DNA of 64,000 nt from contig NC_087437.1 in NCBI RefSeq assembly GCF_036321535.1, forward strand, positions 14,696,001 to 14,760,000, given 5' to 3'. The notes under the pieces are model-generated. The model saw nothing but the letters and a program-made list of their open reading frames with translations, was not told the origin of the DNA and did not search any database. A program made the translations under genes and the position numbers. The DNA comes from Camelus dromedarius (lineage: Eukaryota). The stretch's first letter is position 1. Each line of letters begins with the position of its first letter. This document shows positions 62,505 through 64,000 of this stretch, in pieces.

Positions 62505-63255
62505 ATGGTGATTTTAGAATATGACCACAAATTCTTTGATACTCCTCCCATTGGGAAGCAAAGACTATGTCCCTTCCCCTTGAATCGGGGCAAGTTTGTG
62601 ACCACTTCAATCAATGGACTACGGTGGAAGTGACTTCCAGGGCCAAGTCATGAAAGGCCCTGCAGCTTCCTTTCTGCCTGCTAGAAAACCAGCTACTGGG
62701 CCACTGAGCCACCTTGTGAGTATCTGACTAGCCAGAGGCCACCACGCTCTGAGAAAGCCCCAGCTATGTAGAGGGACCATATATAGGCACTCTGATCAAG
62801 AGTCCCAGCTCAGCCCAAGGTTCAAGTCCTGTCAGCCCAATCTCCAGACAATCTCCAGACATGTGTGTGAAGAAGCCTCCAGATGTTTTGTGGGGTTTGT
62901 TTTGTTTTGTTTTGTTTTGTTTTCTAGGGAGGAGGTAATTATTTATTTATTTATTTATTTTTACTTACTGGAGTTACTGGGGATTGAGCCCATGACCTTG
63001 TGCATGCTGGGCACAAGTCATGCACTCTACCACTGAGCTACACCTTCCCCCTTAAGAAGCCTCCAGATGATTCATCACCCTACCCCCCACCTCAGCCTTT
63101 CATCTCACTCCTAGTTTGAGTTTTCCAAGCTGAGGCCTCAGACTTTGTGGCATCATCCCTGCTGTGTCCTGTTAGAATTCCTGACCCACAGAATGTACGT
63201 GCATCAAAATGGTGATTGATTCCACCAAGTTTTGTGGATTGTTATACAGAAGTAG
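62505..63255 (+). mobile_element. MLT1-like LTR containing a SINE
   Basis: atgaccacaaattctttgatactcctcccattggga...aattcctgacccacagaa...gttatacag. Confidence 0.7.
62886..63053 (-). mobile_element. tRNA-derived SINE (Vic-1-like)
   Basis: Perfect 16-bp TSD aagaagcctccagatg at 62870-62885 and 63054-63069. Confidence 0.92.
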
Positions 63256-64000
63256 CTCCATACCCTTCCAAAAATGTCCCTTTTTGCTAATTAGGTTAAC
63301 CACAATTGGTTTCTGGCGTTGCAATCAAGAATCTTGGTTGGTAGATATACAATGAAATACTATTCAACTCTTAAACTGAGGTCGCACTATATTAAACTGT
63401 CACAGAAAGATATTCACAATGCAGCTTTAAGAGAATATGGCAGGTTCAAAAACAGTAGGTACAGAGTGGTTCCATTTTTGTAAAATAAGTTTATTTTTTA
63501 AATTATTTTTTCATAGAATGAATTCAAGGATGCTATGTACCAAAATTATATAGTATTGTCTTTAGGTGCTAGAATTATAGAGTTTTTTTTATTGTGCTCA
63601 TCTGTATATTTTATAATTACTTATAATGAACATCATTACGTAGTTACTTGTGTAATTTTTTTAATTCAAAAATATTTTTTTAAAAATAAAAACAGGATTA
63701 TAGATTCAGGAATCAAAGAGTGCCTCTCTGCCTGTGGGCATTTTGTACATTCACCAGTGAGAGACCCTGTAGCACAATCTTTAGGGAGTGGTAGCCCCCA
63801 TTAAGGAGGGTGGTAACCTCTAGTAATTCCTTCCCTCGCTATAAACATATGCTGTTCCTCACATCTAGAAGCATGATTTATTTCCCCTTTCCTTAAATCT
63901 ATGCTGTCCCTATGACTGCCTTGGCCAATGGAATGCAGTATAAGATGTTCAAGGACTTCTGATCTCAAGTCTTAGGCAATTTGGTAGCGTCTGTTTCCTT

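Noticed and set aside
29431..64000. A second gene or antisense lncRNA downstream of BFSP2
   Set aside because: I found no exon chain, CpG island or coding signal. A lncRNA cannot be inferred from sequence alone.
1..64000. CRISPR array, operon or other novel multi-gene system
   Set aside because: No regularly spaced repeat-spacer array or gene cluster is present. The window is a vertebrate gene 3' half plus repeat-rich intergenic DNA.

Overview
Mammalian genomic DNA, not prokaryotic. The repeated tRNA-derived SINE (GGGGAGGGTATAGCTCAGTGGTAGAG...) looks like the camelid Vic-1 type, so the source is probably a camel, alpaca or llama (inference). The only protein-coding gene I can support is BFSP2 (phakinin/CP49, a lens beaded-filament intermediate filament protein) on the + strand. 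Exons 2-7 are present (4071-4153, 6989-7145, 8178-8339, 21477-21608, 26981-27201, 29145-~29430), all with GT-AG sites and a continuous reading frame ending ...DREESG-TAA. Exon 1 lies upstream of the window. The introns and the ~34 kb downstream are mostly transposon-derived: 9 SINE copies, L1, L2, CR1 and MIR fragments, MaLR/ERV LTRs, hAT and Tigger DNA transposons, and microsatellites. Almost all ORFs in the supplied track are noise or repeat-derived. I found no evidence for a novel biological system. The findings are modest: a possible tandem splice acceptor, a GAS motif in a MER41-like LTR, a repeated LTR/L1 junction, a possible ancient LINE endonuclease relic, and several nested insertions. 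Repeat family names come from recalled consensus sequences and need RepeatMasker/Dfam confirmation, and repeat boundaries are approximate.
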